DNA from: Eledone cirrhosa
Taxonomy: Eukaryota
NCBI GenBank assembly: GCA_964016885.1
Contig: OZ024743.1
Span: forward strand, 275,094,001 to 275,158,000
Reading direction: 5' to 3'
Length of the DNA stretch: 64,000 nt
Shown here: piece after piece, positions 1 to 13,300 of the stretch
Position numbering within the stretch: the stretch's first letter is position 1
Layout: the number at the start of each line of letters is the position of its first letter
The notes under the pieces: generated by a model
Seen by the model: only the letters and a program-made list of their open reading frames with translations
What the model was told of the DNA's origin: nothing
The model's database searches: none
Translations under genes and position numbers: made by a program

Positions 1-213
1 GTTTCCGGAGTATTTTCCTGATTTAACACTGAACTAAGATGTCATTAATGTCATGATGTCATGCTTTCCTCAAATAACATCGTATAAAACATCCTGGGAG
101 TACACTGGAGAATGGGAAATTGTGTCACTAAATATTTCGGTCAATTATCTCTCTTACTTTCTCTCTCAATCTATCAAGCTTTCCCTCTTTCTCTTTCCCT
201 CTGTCCCTCTTTC

Positions 214-254
<41 letters not shown>

Positions 255-704
255 AGAGAGAGAGAGAGAATATGTGTGCGCATGTGTGTGCGGGAGTGTT
301 GCAATCCAAATATTTGTATTACAATGTTCCTAGCAGGAGTGTTGCGGATATATGTATCCTGTCACGAGCCCTGCATTGTTTTCATGACCAAGATACTTAC
401 TTAACTCCTAACGTTAGCTTGAACGCAAGGCCTGAGAAAGAATTGAACACTGAGTGAGTGAAGATGCAAGCACAAATAGGAGTATGGTATTCATAAGTTA
501 CAGCGGGCATACAACATAAGAAGAATTTTAAAACCTATGTTTGGGTATTTCAAAACCGTCTTATTACTTGCCAATGTTAGCTGGTGAACTGTCGATGACA
601 GCATTCGGAGAAGAGTACATTGGCTCACTAATGGCATAAAACCAATGCTGAATTATGTATGGCTGTGTGGTTAAGAAAGTCACTTCTGTACCGCTTGCGT
701 GTGT

Positions 705-1060
<356 letters not shown>

Positions 1061-1159
1061 TATATATATATATATATTGTATGTATATGTGTGTGTACAT
1101 ATATAAAGTCTGTGGTGCTGAGACTGAGGAGTGACAAATCAGGGGAGTATTCTATGCAT

Positions 1160-1397
1160 GGGAAGAAGCAGAGTGGATGTAGAGGAAGGTTGACACCCGA
1201 CCGCGATGCCCTTTGTGTTATAGACCCGACTCCAGCCCACTCAGATCATCAGACTTGTTAATTAAGATGAGATTCTGGTTTTGCTTGATTTACAAGTCTG
1301 ATAATTAGATTGGAGTTGGAATCGGGTCTATAATACAAATATGGATCTTGAGCCACCCATCTGTGAAACGTTCGTAACAGCCGAATCAATAAAAAGC
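1160..1397 (+). ncRNA. Degenerate hammerhead-like cassette with very long stem II hairpin
   Basis: Long imperfect hairpin ~1217-1333 (ttatagacccga...atcagacttgt / acaagtctgat...tcgggtctataa) with G-U pairs on + strand, followed by GAAAC-GTTC-GTA, AATAAA and (TA)n. The 5' core is degenerate. Confidence 0.35.
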
Positions 1398-1399
1398 AC

Positions 1400-1476
<77 letters not shown>

Positions 1477-1478
<2 letters not shown>

Positions 1479-1571
1479 TAAGAAAAACGATGAAGTTTCG
1501 TTTTTCTTGTCTACACTCTGCCAGTGCATTGAGTGCTCATATCATACCACCACCAGTAATTCTCTGAATGG
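1477..1571 (+). mobile_element. Minimal PLE-type terminus (short fold-back + 3' motif) between (TG)n and (CA)n
   Basis: gataagaaaaacga/tcgtttttcttgtc hairpin followed by actctgccagtgcattgagtgctc motif. Confidence 0.5.
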
Positions 1572-1604
1572 CACACACACACACACACTCTCTCTCACCA
1601 TATA

Positions 1605-1665
<61 letters not shown>

Positions 1666-1883
1666 TTCATCAACAAAGAATGGATCGTATTCGCGAAACG
1701 TTGAGCAAATGATGGTATGTATGCACGTTAATTTCACGAGTAAATCAACTGGAACAGTTGTCGCTGCAGTCGTTGATGGTCCAACACGCGATCTTAGCCA
1801 GTTTGTAGATCACTCTATAGCTGCTGATGGTCAGCAATAATGATAGGCTGTGAAAGAGAATATATTGTCATTGTGACAGAAAG

Positions 1884-2272
1884 TCGATTAAATTTACCCC
1901 AGTACATTTCTGGTACTTTATTTTATCGACTCCTTAAGGAGAAAGTTGACTTTGACGGAGTTTGAACCCAGAATCTAAAGAGCCGGAATAAATACTGCAC
2001 CACATTTTGTCCGACGCTCTAACGATTCTGCCAATCAACCAACCTAACAATAATGGTTCCTTATATAGACACAAGGCCAGCAATTCTTGGGGAGGGGTAA
2101 GTCGATTAAATCGACCCCAGTGCGTAACTGGTACTTTATTTTATCGACCTCGTAAGGATGAAAGGCAAAGCTAACCTCGGCGAGATTTGAACTCAGAACG
2201 TGAAGGGTTATAACTTTATGCTGCAAAGCATAGTGTCTGACGCTCTACTGATACTGCCAATCCACCGTCCTA
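1884..2272 (-). mobile_element. Two tRNA-derived SINE copies (family A)
   Basis: Reverse complement of 3773-4226 family: A-box TGGCAGTATC, B-box GAGTTCAAATC, GTCGATAAAATAAAGTACCAG body. Confidence 0.8.
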
Positions 2273-2816
2273 ACCAACCTAACAATAATAACGATAAAAA
2301 TAACAATAATAACAACAATAATAAACAGAATACACCATATTTGGATCCAGAACTTAAATGGGTATAACTAATATTGCAAGGTATTTTGTCCAACACTTAA
2401 CTGAAGTATTTTACCAACCTTAATGAGACAGCATTTTCGTTGTTGTATATAAATGCGTTCGTTTCGTTCCACTTTTCGTTCCGGTCACTTTATATTCAAC
2501 ATTTCGTAACCGGATTGCTACTTTTAATCACGGGAACTTGTCTTTCTCTACAACGGCTAAAGGAGCCGGGGATCACAGGCACATTTAGATGTCGCCAAAA
2601 GTTACTGTAAGCGGGATACACGCATATTGGAAATTCTTTCTCTCCGTTCATTGTTTTGCCATAGACATGGGGTTTAGCCCTAATTTCTAGTTAGTTGTAA
2701 ACGGTTCTTAATGAATAAATACTTGTTTGTATTAGATGAATTATGATACGCCTTTTGAGATTCATGTGTGGATCGTCACAATCTGTAAACACACGCACAC
2801 ACACACATATGTGTGT

Positions 2817-2900
<84 letters not shown>

Positions 2901-2990
2901 TATGTTTGTGAGTGAGTGTGTGCAAATGTATCTATGTATGTGTATGTGAATGTAAATAGTCATATATATATATGTATATATATATATATA

Positions 2991-3033
<43 letters not shown>

Positions 3034-3090
3034 TACACACATATATACATACATACATATATACAGACATATATAAATATAAATATATAA

Positions 3091-3121
<31 letters not shown>

Positions 3122-3173
3122 CATATATATATATGTATATATATATATATACATATATTTATATATATATATG

Positions 3174-3302
<129 letters not shown>

Positions 3303-3772
3303 GTGTGTGTGTATATATATATATAGAGAGAGAGGGAGGGGGGGAGAGATGTGACGACAATTGAAGAGAAAAGGTCAGTTTAATCAAACGATAAACTTGG
3401 AATTAATTGAAAACATATGTAGAAAGAGAAATAATAAACATTCTCCTATCCATTCATAATGGAGCGTAGACGCCATCTTGTCGTTTGCACGAAGTGCAGG
3501 GATTTGCCGATTGTAGCGTCTTTTTCCTTGGTTCTTTTGTTTTATTTCATTCCTTGATTGTAATTTTTTATGAAAGATTTTGTTAAATTTTGCCTTTATT
3601 GTTTTAACCTTTCTTGTTGTAATTCGAACTCGTTCTTTAGATGTAACAGATGTGAACAATGTTCTTGTAAATCCGTCTTTCAATATAGTTACGCTATTTC
3701 AATTAGGTGCGTTACAGTCTAAATACATACGCCAGGAACGTTTATATTATTTTATTAATTAATCAATAGACA

Positions 3773-4226
3773 AGGGCGGTAGATTGGCAGTATCGGTAGA
3801 TGGTCAAACGCCATGCTTTACAGCATAAAGTTACGGCCCTTTATGATCTGAGTTCAAATCTCGCCGAGGTTAACCTTGCCTTTCATCCTTACGGGGTCGA
3901 TGAAATAAAGTACCAGTCACGCACTGGGGTCGATTTAATCGATTGTCTCCTCCCCCCAAATTGCTGGCCTTGTGTCTATATAAGAAACCATAAATTAGTC
4001 AATAGTCAAGGGCGGTGGATTGGCAGTTTCGGTAGAGCGTCGGGTGCCATGCTTTACAGCATAGAGTTAAGTTCCATTACGTTCTAAGTTCAACTCTCGC
4101 CGAGGTTAGATTTACCTTTCATCTGTACGGGGTCGATAAAATAAAATACCAGTAACGCACTGCGGTCGATTTAATCGCCTTTCCCCTCCCCAAACTTGCT
4201 GGCCTAGTGCCTAAATCAGAAACCAT
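3773..4226 (+). mobile_element. Tandem pair of tRNA-derived SINEs (family A)
   Basis: gggcggt(a/g)gattggcagt..cggtag A-box, gttcaa(a/c)tctcgccgagg B-box, shared 3' body; many dispersed copies in window. Confidence 0.85.
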
Positions 4227-4808
4227 TAATTAGTCAATAGCCAAGTCCCATGAACGTCTCTAGCCTCTCGGTCTAGTAAGATCAATGCGGCTCATGTTCA
4301 ACTGACCTACAGGTTGAGCTACAAGGGGCGGATTACGTTACGTTTTAGGACTGCATACTACAGTACTACATAAGCACATGTACCTCCATGTTTCTAATGT
4401 ATGTGCAGCATGATCTTTTGTGAATATAGAAAAGATGAGTGGGTCACGGCTGGAAATGCCTTTCATCGCTTTGATCTTATATCTGCTTAATCAGGGTTGA
4501 GAAGGGACTACTTAAGAAGAAAAACAACAAATACAACCTAATAGATTGTAGGACTTCGTGCATCTAAGACTAACTTAGATACACATGTGTAACTCAATGA
4601 TTAATTCTTCTTGTTTCCTTACCCTCCCCCACACTCCATTTCTTGATTTGTCTCCCTTTTTCGCTTCCCCTCTTCCTCCATTCTCCCTCCCAATATATTC
4701 ACTTCATCAGCAGGACCGGAAGTGAGTTAGTTGTTATTTTAAACTATTCGCTATCTTAATTTTTTTAATTTCAAAGGTAATTGAATATCATATTAGATTA
4801 TCAAAAAG

Positions 4809-5003
4809 TACTTCAGCGTCTGTTGTGTTTTTTTTTTCGTTTACTTTTCACACACACATATATGTGTGTGTATGTGTGTTTGAAAAGTAAACCGAAATAA
4901 TACAACAGACGATGAAATATAATGAAGATATATATTAGTTTCATGCTTAATACAATAGGAAAAATCTTAACGTTTCGGACGCTAGTCCTTCATCAGAATA
5001 TAG
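4809..5003. mobile_element. Tail-to-tail PLE-type 3' ends around a (CA)/(TG) tract; right copy carries a minimal hammerhead
   Basis: Inverted arms cgtctgttgtg..tttacttttca / tgaaaagtaaa..tacaacagacg. Confidence 0.55.
4962..5003 (-). ncRNA. Minimal PLE-type hammerhead ribozyme motif
   Basis: Minus strand: tatt-CTGATGA-a-GGAC-tagc-GTCC-GAAACGTT-aaga; palindromic AACGTT stem III; weak stem I. Confidence 0.6.
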
Positions 5004-5111
5004 ATTGAGAAATTCAAGAAGAAATAGAACGACAGAGGAGAGTGAGCAGAGGCACAAACGAAAAGAAAATGTATTTGAGAAAAAACAGGTCTGTTCATTT
5101 CGCCATCTCTT

Positions 5112-5156
<45 letters not shown>

Positions 5157-6502
5157 TGGGGGAGGGAGAGTTAGTGAGAGGAGGAAGAGAGAGAAAAATT
5201 ACAAAATAAGAAGGAGTAGGAGAAGGGAGGGCAGATTCTACATTCCTGGCTAGGTGGTATATCTCAGCTGCACCCAATAGAAATGATGGCAAAAGCATTG
5301 TCGGGGAAAACAGCCAGCGACACCCACTGTATCTGCTGCTCCACTTCTTGAGGTTCTTTTCTCAGGCGGGATGCAACGGCCGTCCGAAGATCGAGGAGGT
5401 TTCGACAGCGACCGACACGAAAAAGAAGCGATCGTAAACCTAGTGTTTCATGTCAAAGCACTTATCAAATTGAAAAATCAAGAGGGTAAACATTTTTTCT
5501 TATATAGGAAATAAATAGAACTTTCCAGAAAATAAAGTTAACATCCCGGATTTAAAGTACATTAATCTAAAAGCTTATTGATATAATAGGTTGCTAACTT
5601 AGCATGACTTATGCATACGTATGTACACGTATAGAGTTTACTTAGATGTACACATGCATGTGCTATAACAATTCCTTTCATACGTGACTTCATATATAAG
5701 TAAAGTTTTATTTACATCTTATTAAAAACAATTTAATAGGAGAAAGAAAAAAATTTAGATTGAGAAAAAAGAATGGAATGTAAATTAGAAAATATATTTT
5801 TTAAAAACCCAGAAAATGAAGGGAAATGCAAGGGCTCTAGGGTCACGGAAAAAGGATGAGGGGAGGGAGGGGTGATTGGGCTCTGGGTCTAGGACGCGGC
5901 GATAGTGTGTCTGTATCTGCATTATCTCTCTCTCTTTCTCTCTTTCTCTCTCTCAAACCAAACAGTGGGTGTGTTTTACTATTTTTAGCAATATTAGGAC
6001 AACATGACCCTCTCCAAATATAACAATATCTGTTTCAATACATGATTTCATATCAAAAACCTTGCAAAACAAATATATTGTGGTAATAACTTGGTAGAAA
6101 TATCCAAGATATAGAACAACTCAAGGCTGTATGGTTGTGTGTGTATGTGAGAGAGAGAGAGAGAGAAAGAGAGTTTGTGTGGGTGGGGTGTATTTGTGTG
6201 CTAGTGTTAGCCAAACAGTTCGATTCTGACCGACCATTTTTACGTATATACATGTGAAATGACATGTCTGTCAAAGCTGTTGACAAGTCTCTCGTCTTGA
6301 TCACTGACCTGACCAATAAATGAACCAACTCCTGACCTTTTATTGGCCATTCCTTTCTACTTTACCTTCCTCTCTCCACCACGTTTACCGCCCCCATTCT
6401 CTCTCCACTCCACGCGATTCGGTAATCTTTCACTCTCTCATTACTATACTATACCCCACACCGTGCATTTTACTGACCAGTCCATTCTCCTTTACCACCT
6501 CA

Positions 6503-6554
<52 letters not shown>

Positions 6555-6556
6555 CT

Positions 6557-6613
<57 letters not shown>

Positions 6614-7057
6614 GCTCTTTCTCTCTCATACTCTTTCTCTCTCACACTCTTTCCCATCACGACAGCGTAAACACTTAAGTAATTTTACTTTTATACCAGT
6701 AATAAATAACGTTTTAGTCCACTGCACACCACCACCCCTACTCTTCTTGGATCTGGTTTTTAATATTATGGATGGGTGTGTATATGTGCATGTGTGTGTG
6801 TATGTGTGTATGTGTGTGAGAGAGAGTGTGTGTGTGTGTATGTACGCGTGCGTGTGTGTGTGTGTGTATGCGTGTGTGTGTGTGTATGTGTGAGTGTGTC
6901 TCTGTGTGTGTATGTGTGTGTGTGTATGTGTGTGTGTGTGTACGTGTGAGTGTGTATGTGTGTGTATGTGTGTGTATGTGTGTGTCTCTGTGTGTATGTG
7001 TGTGTGTGTATGTGTGAGTGTGTCTCTGTGTGTGTGTATGTGTGTATGTGTGTATGT

Positions 7058-7093
<36 letters not shown>

Positions 7094-7214
7094 AAGCTTT
7101 TAGCTCAACAAACATCTCGTGTCACCTCAGGATCATCAACGGCATCATCATTTTCAACATCATCATGATCTCTATACCTGTGTATACTCACACACAAATA
7201 TATGGGTGTGTGTG

Positions 7215-7245
<31 letters not shown>

Positions 7246-7339
7246 ATGTGTGTGTTTATGTTTGTGTTTGTATATATATGTGTGTGTGTGTTTGTGTTCG
7301 TATATTTATATATATATATATATAGTTTTAATATAGATG

Positions 7340-7390
7340 AGATTCTACAGGACTAGAACTGTTTCATTCTTTAGAAATCATCAGGAATCC
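7340..7390 (-). ncRNA. Hammerhead ribozyme type I
   Basis: ggattc-CTGATGA-tttc taaa gaat-GAAACAG-ttctagtc-CTGTA-gaatct; 6-bp stem I, 4-bp stem III, GUA. Confidence 0.75.
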
Positions 7391-7434
7391 TGATGATTTC
7401 TAAAGAATGAAACAGTTCTAGTCCTGTAGAATCT
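7384..7434 (+). ncRNA. Hammerhead ribozyme type I
   Basis: Core CTGATGA 7390-7396, GAAA 7409-7412, GUA ending 7428; one stem I mismatch. Confidence 0.7.
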
Positions 7435-7521
7435 CATCTATATTGAAATGTTTATACTCTGCTATGTATTGAGTACCTTACTTACTATGGTTACCTCCGA
7501 TTCAACCCGGAATAACGTACC

Positions 7522-7586
<65 letters not shown>

Positions 7587-7805
7587 TTGTGTTTGTATAT
7601 ATATGTGTGCATTTGTGTTTGTGTTTGTATATATATATGTGTGTGTTTGTGTTTGTATATATATATATATGTGTGTGTTTGTATATATATGTGTGTGTTT
7701 GTGTTTGTATATATATATATATATGTGTGTGTGTTTGTGTTTGTATATATATATATATATGTGTGTGTTTGTGTTTGTATATATATATGTGTGTGTGTGT
7801 GTGTT

Positions 7806-7840
<35 letters not shown>

Positions 7841-7889
7841 TTGTTTATATATATATATGTCTGTGTGTGTGTGTGTGTGTTTGTTTGTT

Positions 7890-7928
<39 letters not shown>

Positions 7929-8248
7929 ACATTATAGAATGAGTGTATGACTCAATGTTAAACAATTCTCTTCTGTCTCTATGTGTGTGTTTAGTGTGTG
8001 AATGGCTGTGAGATAGTAATTTAGTCATGATATACTATTGGTATATCGATACCTTTATAGCTATCTAATTGTGTATGCAAATGTATGTGTATGTATGCAT
8101 GTGTGTATGTATGTATAAAGGTATGTGTGTATGTGTGTATGTATGTATAAATGTATGTGTGTATTACGTATGTGTGTGTTTATGTGTATCTGTGTGTGTG
8201 TGTGTGCGTATGTATGTATGTATGTATGTGGTATGTATGTATGCATGC

Positions 8249-8302
<54 letters not shown>

Positions 8303-8568
8303 AATGTGTGAGCCGATATCATCAATGAACTCCTCTCTCACCCAATCTCTTTCTCGTCCATGGAGATTCAGAGTTATTTGCTCGTAAAAAAAATAATAAT
8401 GGTGCTTAGATCTCTCTCTCACATACACACTCTCTCTCTCTCACACACACTCTCTCTCTATCTCTGTCTTTGTTTTTCTCTCGCCCACTCTATCACTGTC
8501 TCTAGTAATGTGACATTATGTATTTCTGAGATGGTGTTTATGGCTGATGTATGTGCGTTCGCACGTCT

Positions 8569-8608
<40 letters not shown>

Positions 8609-8847
8609 CTTTGTATATGTGTATATGTAAGTGTGTATATGTGTGTGGGCAAAAAAGTATTGTGTCGTTTTGTATATATGTTCGTAAACTTTTATATGGT
8701 ACGTGTGTGTGTGTGTGTGTGTGCCACATTGTGTATGTCTCTGCGTGTTTGTGTTTATGTGTGTATGTGAATTCCTGTATGCGTGTGTCAATGTTTTCAT
8801 CAGTGTGTATGCGTGAGGCAGTTTTCTTGTTATTACACTGCTCCTTC

Positions 8848-9065
8848 AGGGCGGTGTCTTGGCAAAATCGACAGAGCATCGGACAAAATATTTTGTGGAA
8901 TTTAGTTACAGCTCCTTGCATTCTGATTTCTAATCCCACCGGGGTCAACTTTCCCTTTCATCCTTCCGAGGTCGATAAAATAAAGTACCAGTCAAGTACT
9001 AGAGTCGATATAATCCACTTTCCATTCCCCATAAATTTCAGGCCTTGTGCCTAAATTAGAAATCA
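8848..9065 (+). mobile_element. tRNA-derived SINE (family A, diverged)
   Basis: ggcggtgtcttggcaaaatcg...gtcgataaaataaagtaccagt...ggccttgtgcctaaattagaaa. Confidence 0.75.
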
Positions 9066-9387
9066 TTGTTCTGCTCCTACGTCTATACTTGAGCTATCTA
9101 GCTCCCCAGTCAGCACTTACAGATACATACTACCCAGTCTTGACAGTCCATAAATAATACACTCCCTGGCTATTTATTACCTTACACTCTAACACTAGAG
9201 AACCATCTAGTGTTAATACATATTCAAACAATACGATAGCAATTTACACAAAGACTCTCTATGAACGTATTCAAAAAAGCAAACATGATCGCACACACAC
9301 ACACATACACGCACACACACACACTCCCATATATGTATATATATATATATTTATTTATTTATTTAATTACATTATAAACAACACACT

Positions 9388-9471
9388 ATAATTATTCCAT
9401 TACCAAAGGTTTCAGGAAACTAGACAATTCTTACAGAAACGTCCAGCCCGTTCATCAGATAAAATAATTAT
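9388..9471 (-). ncRNA. Hammerhead ribozyme type I
   Basis: ataattattttat-CTGATGA-long stem II-GAAACCTTTG-GTA-atggaataattat; 13-bp stem I. Confidence 0.75.
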
Positions 9472-9547
9472 CTTATCTGACGAACGAGCTGGACGTTTCT
9501 GTAAGAAACGTCTAGTTTCCTGAAACCTTTGGTAATGGAATAATTAT
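9464..9547 (+). ncRNA. Hammerhead ribozyme type I
   Basis: CTGACGA 9477-9483; 13-bp stem II agctggacgtttc/gaaacgtctagtt; GAAA 9522-9525; GUA 9532-9534; stem I 9464-9476/9535-9547 (12 of 13 paired). Confidence 0.8.
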
Positions 9548-9636
9548 ATTGTGTTGTTTATAATGTAATTAAATATCTCTGTACAATACATAGAGCACTC
9601 TTCTTTCCTTTACCTTTACTACGGAAATACTTCACA

Positions 9637-9696
<60 letters not shown>

Positions 9697-9705
9697 GGAT
9701 GTCCC

Positions 9706-9797
9706 TAAAAAATGAATTCTCACTTTTATTACGTGTACAGGCAATATTTATTAGAATGCACAGCCTTTGTGTATACATCTTTGGTGGACACCCTGTA
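9706..9797. mobile_element. ~90-bp Tc1/mariner-type MITE in (TA)n
   Basis: TIR-like ends aggatgtcc..aaaaaatg / catctttggtggacaccctgta; related copy at 17558-17660 in opposite orientation. Confidence 0.55.
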
Positions 9798-10308
9798 TAT
9801 ATGATAAGAAGAGTTGAAATTAATGCATGCAAGATTTTACAGCTCTAGCATCACTCCTTCATAGTCAGCCTATGAACGTTTCAGCTCATCCTCTTATATG
9901 TGGATATACCGATAGTAGTTTTGAATGTTAAACAGTTAAAGTAAAATTTAAATGAAACATACAGGAACTGGTTGATTCCTTCTCAGCTTAGTACTTAAAT
10001 CCTGGCGAAATTCGCTAATAGAATTCCGTTTAAAGTGAAGTTTATGTTGGAGGATCCAGCTAGATCAACTAGAGACGACGGTTGCTGACAGGACCTGCTC
10101 ACAGGAATAAATGGGCGAAGAAGGAGAAGGGAGAGAAGACAAGATGTGTAAACCACACAAACCCATGTCAGTATTCAGTGTTCACGTCTCAGTGTTTGAG
10201 AAATTTGTTTTGGTTGTTTAAGTTTGTGAAGATAGCAAATGTTGTTTACACTGTGTAACTGGAGATAAACTGTAAAATTGAGATGTGATGTTGTTGGTAA
10301 ATAAGTTA

Positions 10309-13300
10309 CATAGCTCTTTTATAGTGGCTATAGTTAGTTGGTGGTCAATATCTGTCCTTTAGTGGCTATAGTTAGTTGGTGGTCAACAGTTGTTCTGTTG
10401 TGGTTATAATTAGCTGGTGGTCAATAGCTGTTCTTTAGTGGCCATAGTTAGCTGGTGGTCAACAACTGTTCTATAGTGACTATAGTTAGCAGGTGGTCAA
10501 TAGTTGTTCTGTTATGACTATAGTTAGCAGGTGGTCAACAACTGTTCTGTTGTGGCTATAGTTAGCTGGTGGTCAATAGTTGTTCTGTTGTGGCTATAGT
10601 TAGCTGGTGGTCAACAACTGTTCTGTTGTGGCTATAGTTAGCTGGTGGTCAACAACTGTTCTGTTGTGGCTATAGTTAGCTGGTGGTCAATAGTTGTTCT
10701 GTTGTGGCTATAGTTAGCTGGTGGTCAACAACTGTTCTGTTGTGGCTATAGTTAGCTGGTGGTCAACAACTGTTCTATAGTGACTATAGTTAGCTGGTGG
10801 TCAATAGTTGTTCTGTTGTGGCTATAGTTAGCTGGTGGTCAACAACTGTTCTGTTGTGGCTATAGTTAGCTGGTGGTCAATAGTTGTTCTGTTGTGGCTA
10901 TAGTTAGCTGGTGGTCAACAACTGTTCTGTTGTGGCTATAGTTAGCTGGTGGTCAATAGTTGTTCTGTTGTGGCTATAGTTAGCTGGTGGTCAATAGTTG
11001 TTCTGTTGTGGATATAGTTAGCTGGTGGTCAACAACTGTTCTGTTGTGGCTATAGTTAGCTGGTGGTCAATAGTTGTTCTGTTGTGGCTATAGTTAGCTG
11101 GTGGTCAACAACTGTTCTGTTGTGGCTATAGTTAGCTGGTGGTCAATAGTTGTTCTGTTGTGGCTATAGTTAGCTGGTGGTCAATAGTTGTTCTGTTGTG
11201 GCTATAGTTAGCTGGTGGTCAACAACTGTTCTGTTGTGGCTATAGTTAGCTGGTGGTCAATAGTTGTTCTGTTGTGGATATAGTTAGCTGGTGGTCAACA
11301 ACTGTTCTGTTGTGGCTATAGTTAGCTGGTGGTCAATAGTTGTTCTGTTGTGGCTATAGTTAGCTGGTGGTCAACAACTGTTCTGTTGTGGCTATAGTTA
11401 GCTGGTGGTCAACAACTGTTCTGTTGTGGCTATAGTTAGCTGGTGGTCAACAACTGTTCTATAGTGACTATAGTTAGCTGGTGGTCAATAGTTGTTCTGT
11501 TGTGGCTATAGTTAGCTGGTGGTCAATAGTTGTTCTGTTGTGGATATAGTTAGCTGGTGGTCAACAACTGTTCTATAGTGACTATAGTTAGCTGGTGGTC
11601 AATAGTTGTTCTGTTGTGGCTATAGTTAGCTGGTGGTCAACAACTGTTCTGTTGTGGCTATAGTTAGCTGGTGGTCAATAGTTGTTCTGTTGTGGCTATA
11701 GTTAGCTGGTGGTCAACAACTGTTCTGTTGTGGCTATAGTTAGCTGGTGGTCAACAACTGTTCTATAGTGACTATAGTTAGCTGGTGGTCAATAGTTGTT
11801 CTGTTGTGGCTATAGTTAGCTGGTAGTCAACAACTGTTCTGTTGTGGCTATAGTTAGCTGGTGGTCAATAGTTGTTCTGTTGTGGCTATAGTTAGCTGGT
11901 GGTCAACAACTGTTCTGTTGTGACTATAGTTAGCTGGTGGTCAACAACTGTTCTGTTGTGGCTATAGTTAGCTGGTGGTCAACAACTGTTCTGTTGTGGC
12001 TATAGTTACGTGGTGGTCAATAGTTGTTCTGTTGTGGCTATAGTTAGCTGGTGGTCAATAGTTGTTCTGTTGTGGCTATAGTTAGCTGGTGGTCAATAGT
12101 TGTTCTGTTGTGGCTATAGTTAGCAGGTGGTCAACAACTGTTCTGTTGTGGCTATAGTTAGCTGGTGGTCAATAGTTGTTCTGTTGTGGCTATAGTTAGC
12201 TGGTGGTCAATAGTTGTTCTGTTGTGGCTATAGTTAGCTGGTGGTCAATAGTTGTTCTGTTGTGGCTATAGTTATCTGGTGGTCAATAGTTGTTCTGTTG
12301 TGGCTATAGTTAGCTGGTGGTCAATAGTTGTTCTGTTGTGGCTATAGTTAGCTGGTGGTCAACAACTGTTCTGTTGTGGCTATAGTTAGCTGGTGGTCAA
12401 TAGTTGTTCTGTTGTGGCTATAGTTAGCTGGTGGTCAATAGTTGTTCTGTTGTGGCTATAGTTAGCAGGTGGTCAACAACTGTTCTGTTGTGGCTATAGT
12501 TAGCTGGTGGTCAATAGTTGTTCTGTTGTGGCTATAGTTAGCTGGTGGTCAATAGTTGTTCTGTTGTGGCTATAGTTAGCTGGTGGTAAATAGTTGTTCT
12601 GTTGTGGCTATAGTTATCTGGTGGTCAATAGTTGTTCTGTTGTGGCTATAGTTAGCTGGTGGTCAACAACTGTTCTGTTGTGGCTATAGTTAGCTGGTGG
12701 TCAATAGTTGTTCTGTTGTGGATATAGTTAGCTGGTGGTCAACAACTGTTCTGTTGTGGCTATAGTTAGCTGGTGGTCAACAACTGTTCTGTTGTGGCTA
12801 TAGTTAGCTGGTGGTCAACAACTGTTCTGTTGTGGCTATAGTTAGCTGGTGGTCAACAACTGTTCTGTTGTGGCTATAGTTAGCTGATGGTCAACAACTG
12901 TTCTATAGTGACTATAGTTAGCTGGTGGTCAATAGTTGTTCTGTTGTGGCTATAGTTAGCTGGTGGTCAACAACTGTTCTGTTGTGGCTATAGTTAGCTG
13001 GTGGTCAATAGTTGTTCTGTTGTGGCTATAGTTAGCTGGTGGTCAACAACTGTTCTGTTGTGGCTATAGTTAGCTGGTGGTCAATAGTTGTTCTGTTGTG
13101 GCTATAGTTAGCTGGTGGTCAATAGTTGTTCTGTTGTGGATATAGTTAGCTGGTGGTCAACAACTGTTCTGTTGTGGCTATAGTTAGCTGGTGGTCAATA
13201 GTTGTTCTGTTGTGGCTATAGTTAGCTGGTGGTCAACAACTGTTCTGTTGTGGCTATAGTTAGCTGGTGGTCAATAGTTGTTCTGTTGTGGCTATAGTTA

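Larger units (their letters stand above)
7326..7521. mobile_element. Fold-back cassette with hammerheads on both strands, in (TA)n
   Basis: Perfect 57-bp arms 7330-7386/7388-7444; 3' motif actctgctatgtattgagtacc. Confidence 0.8.
9360..9633. mobile_element. Fold-back cassette with hammerheads on both strands
   Basis: ~108-bp arms centred at 9467/9468 with few mismatches; 3' tail tctctgtacaatacatagagcactc...cggaaatacttc then (CA)n. Confidence 0.8.

Noticed and set aside
5366-5485. Symmetric 120-nt candidate exon on + strand (..MQRPSEDRGG..KNQE)
   Set aside because: Weak donor, no recognisable homology, and adjacent to a PLE-like terminus it may belong to
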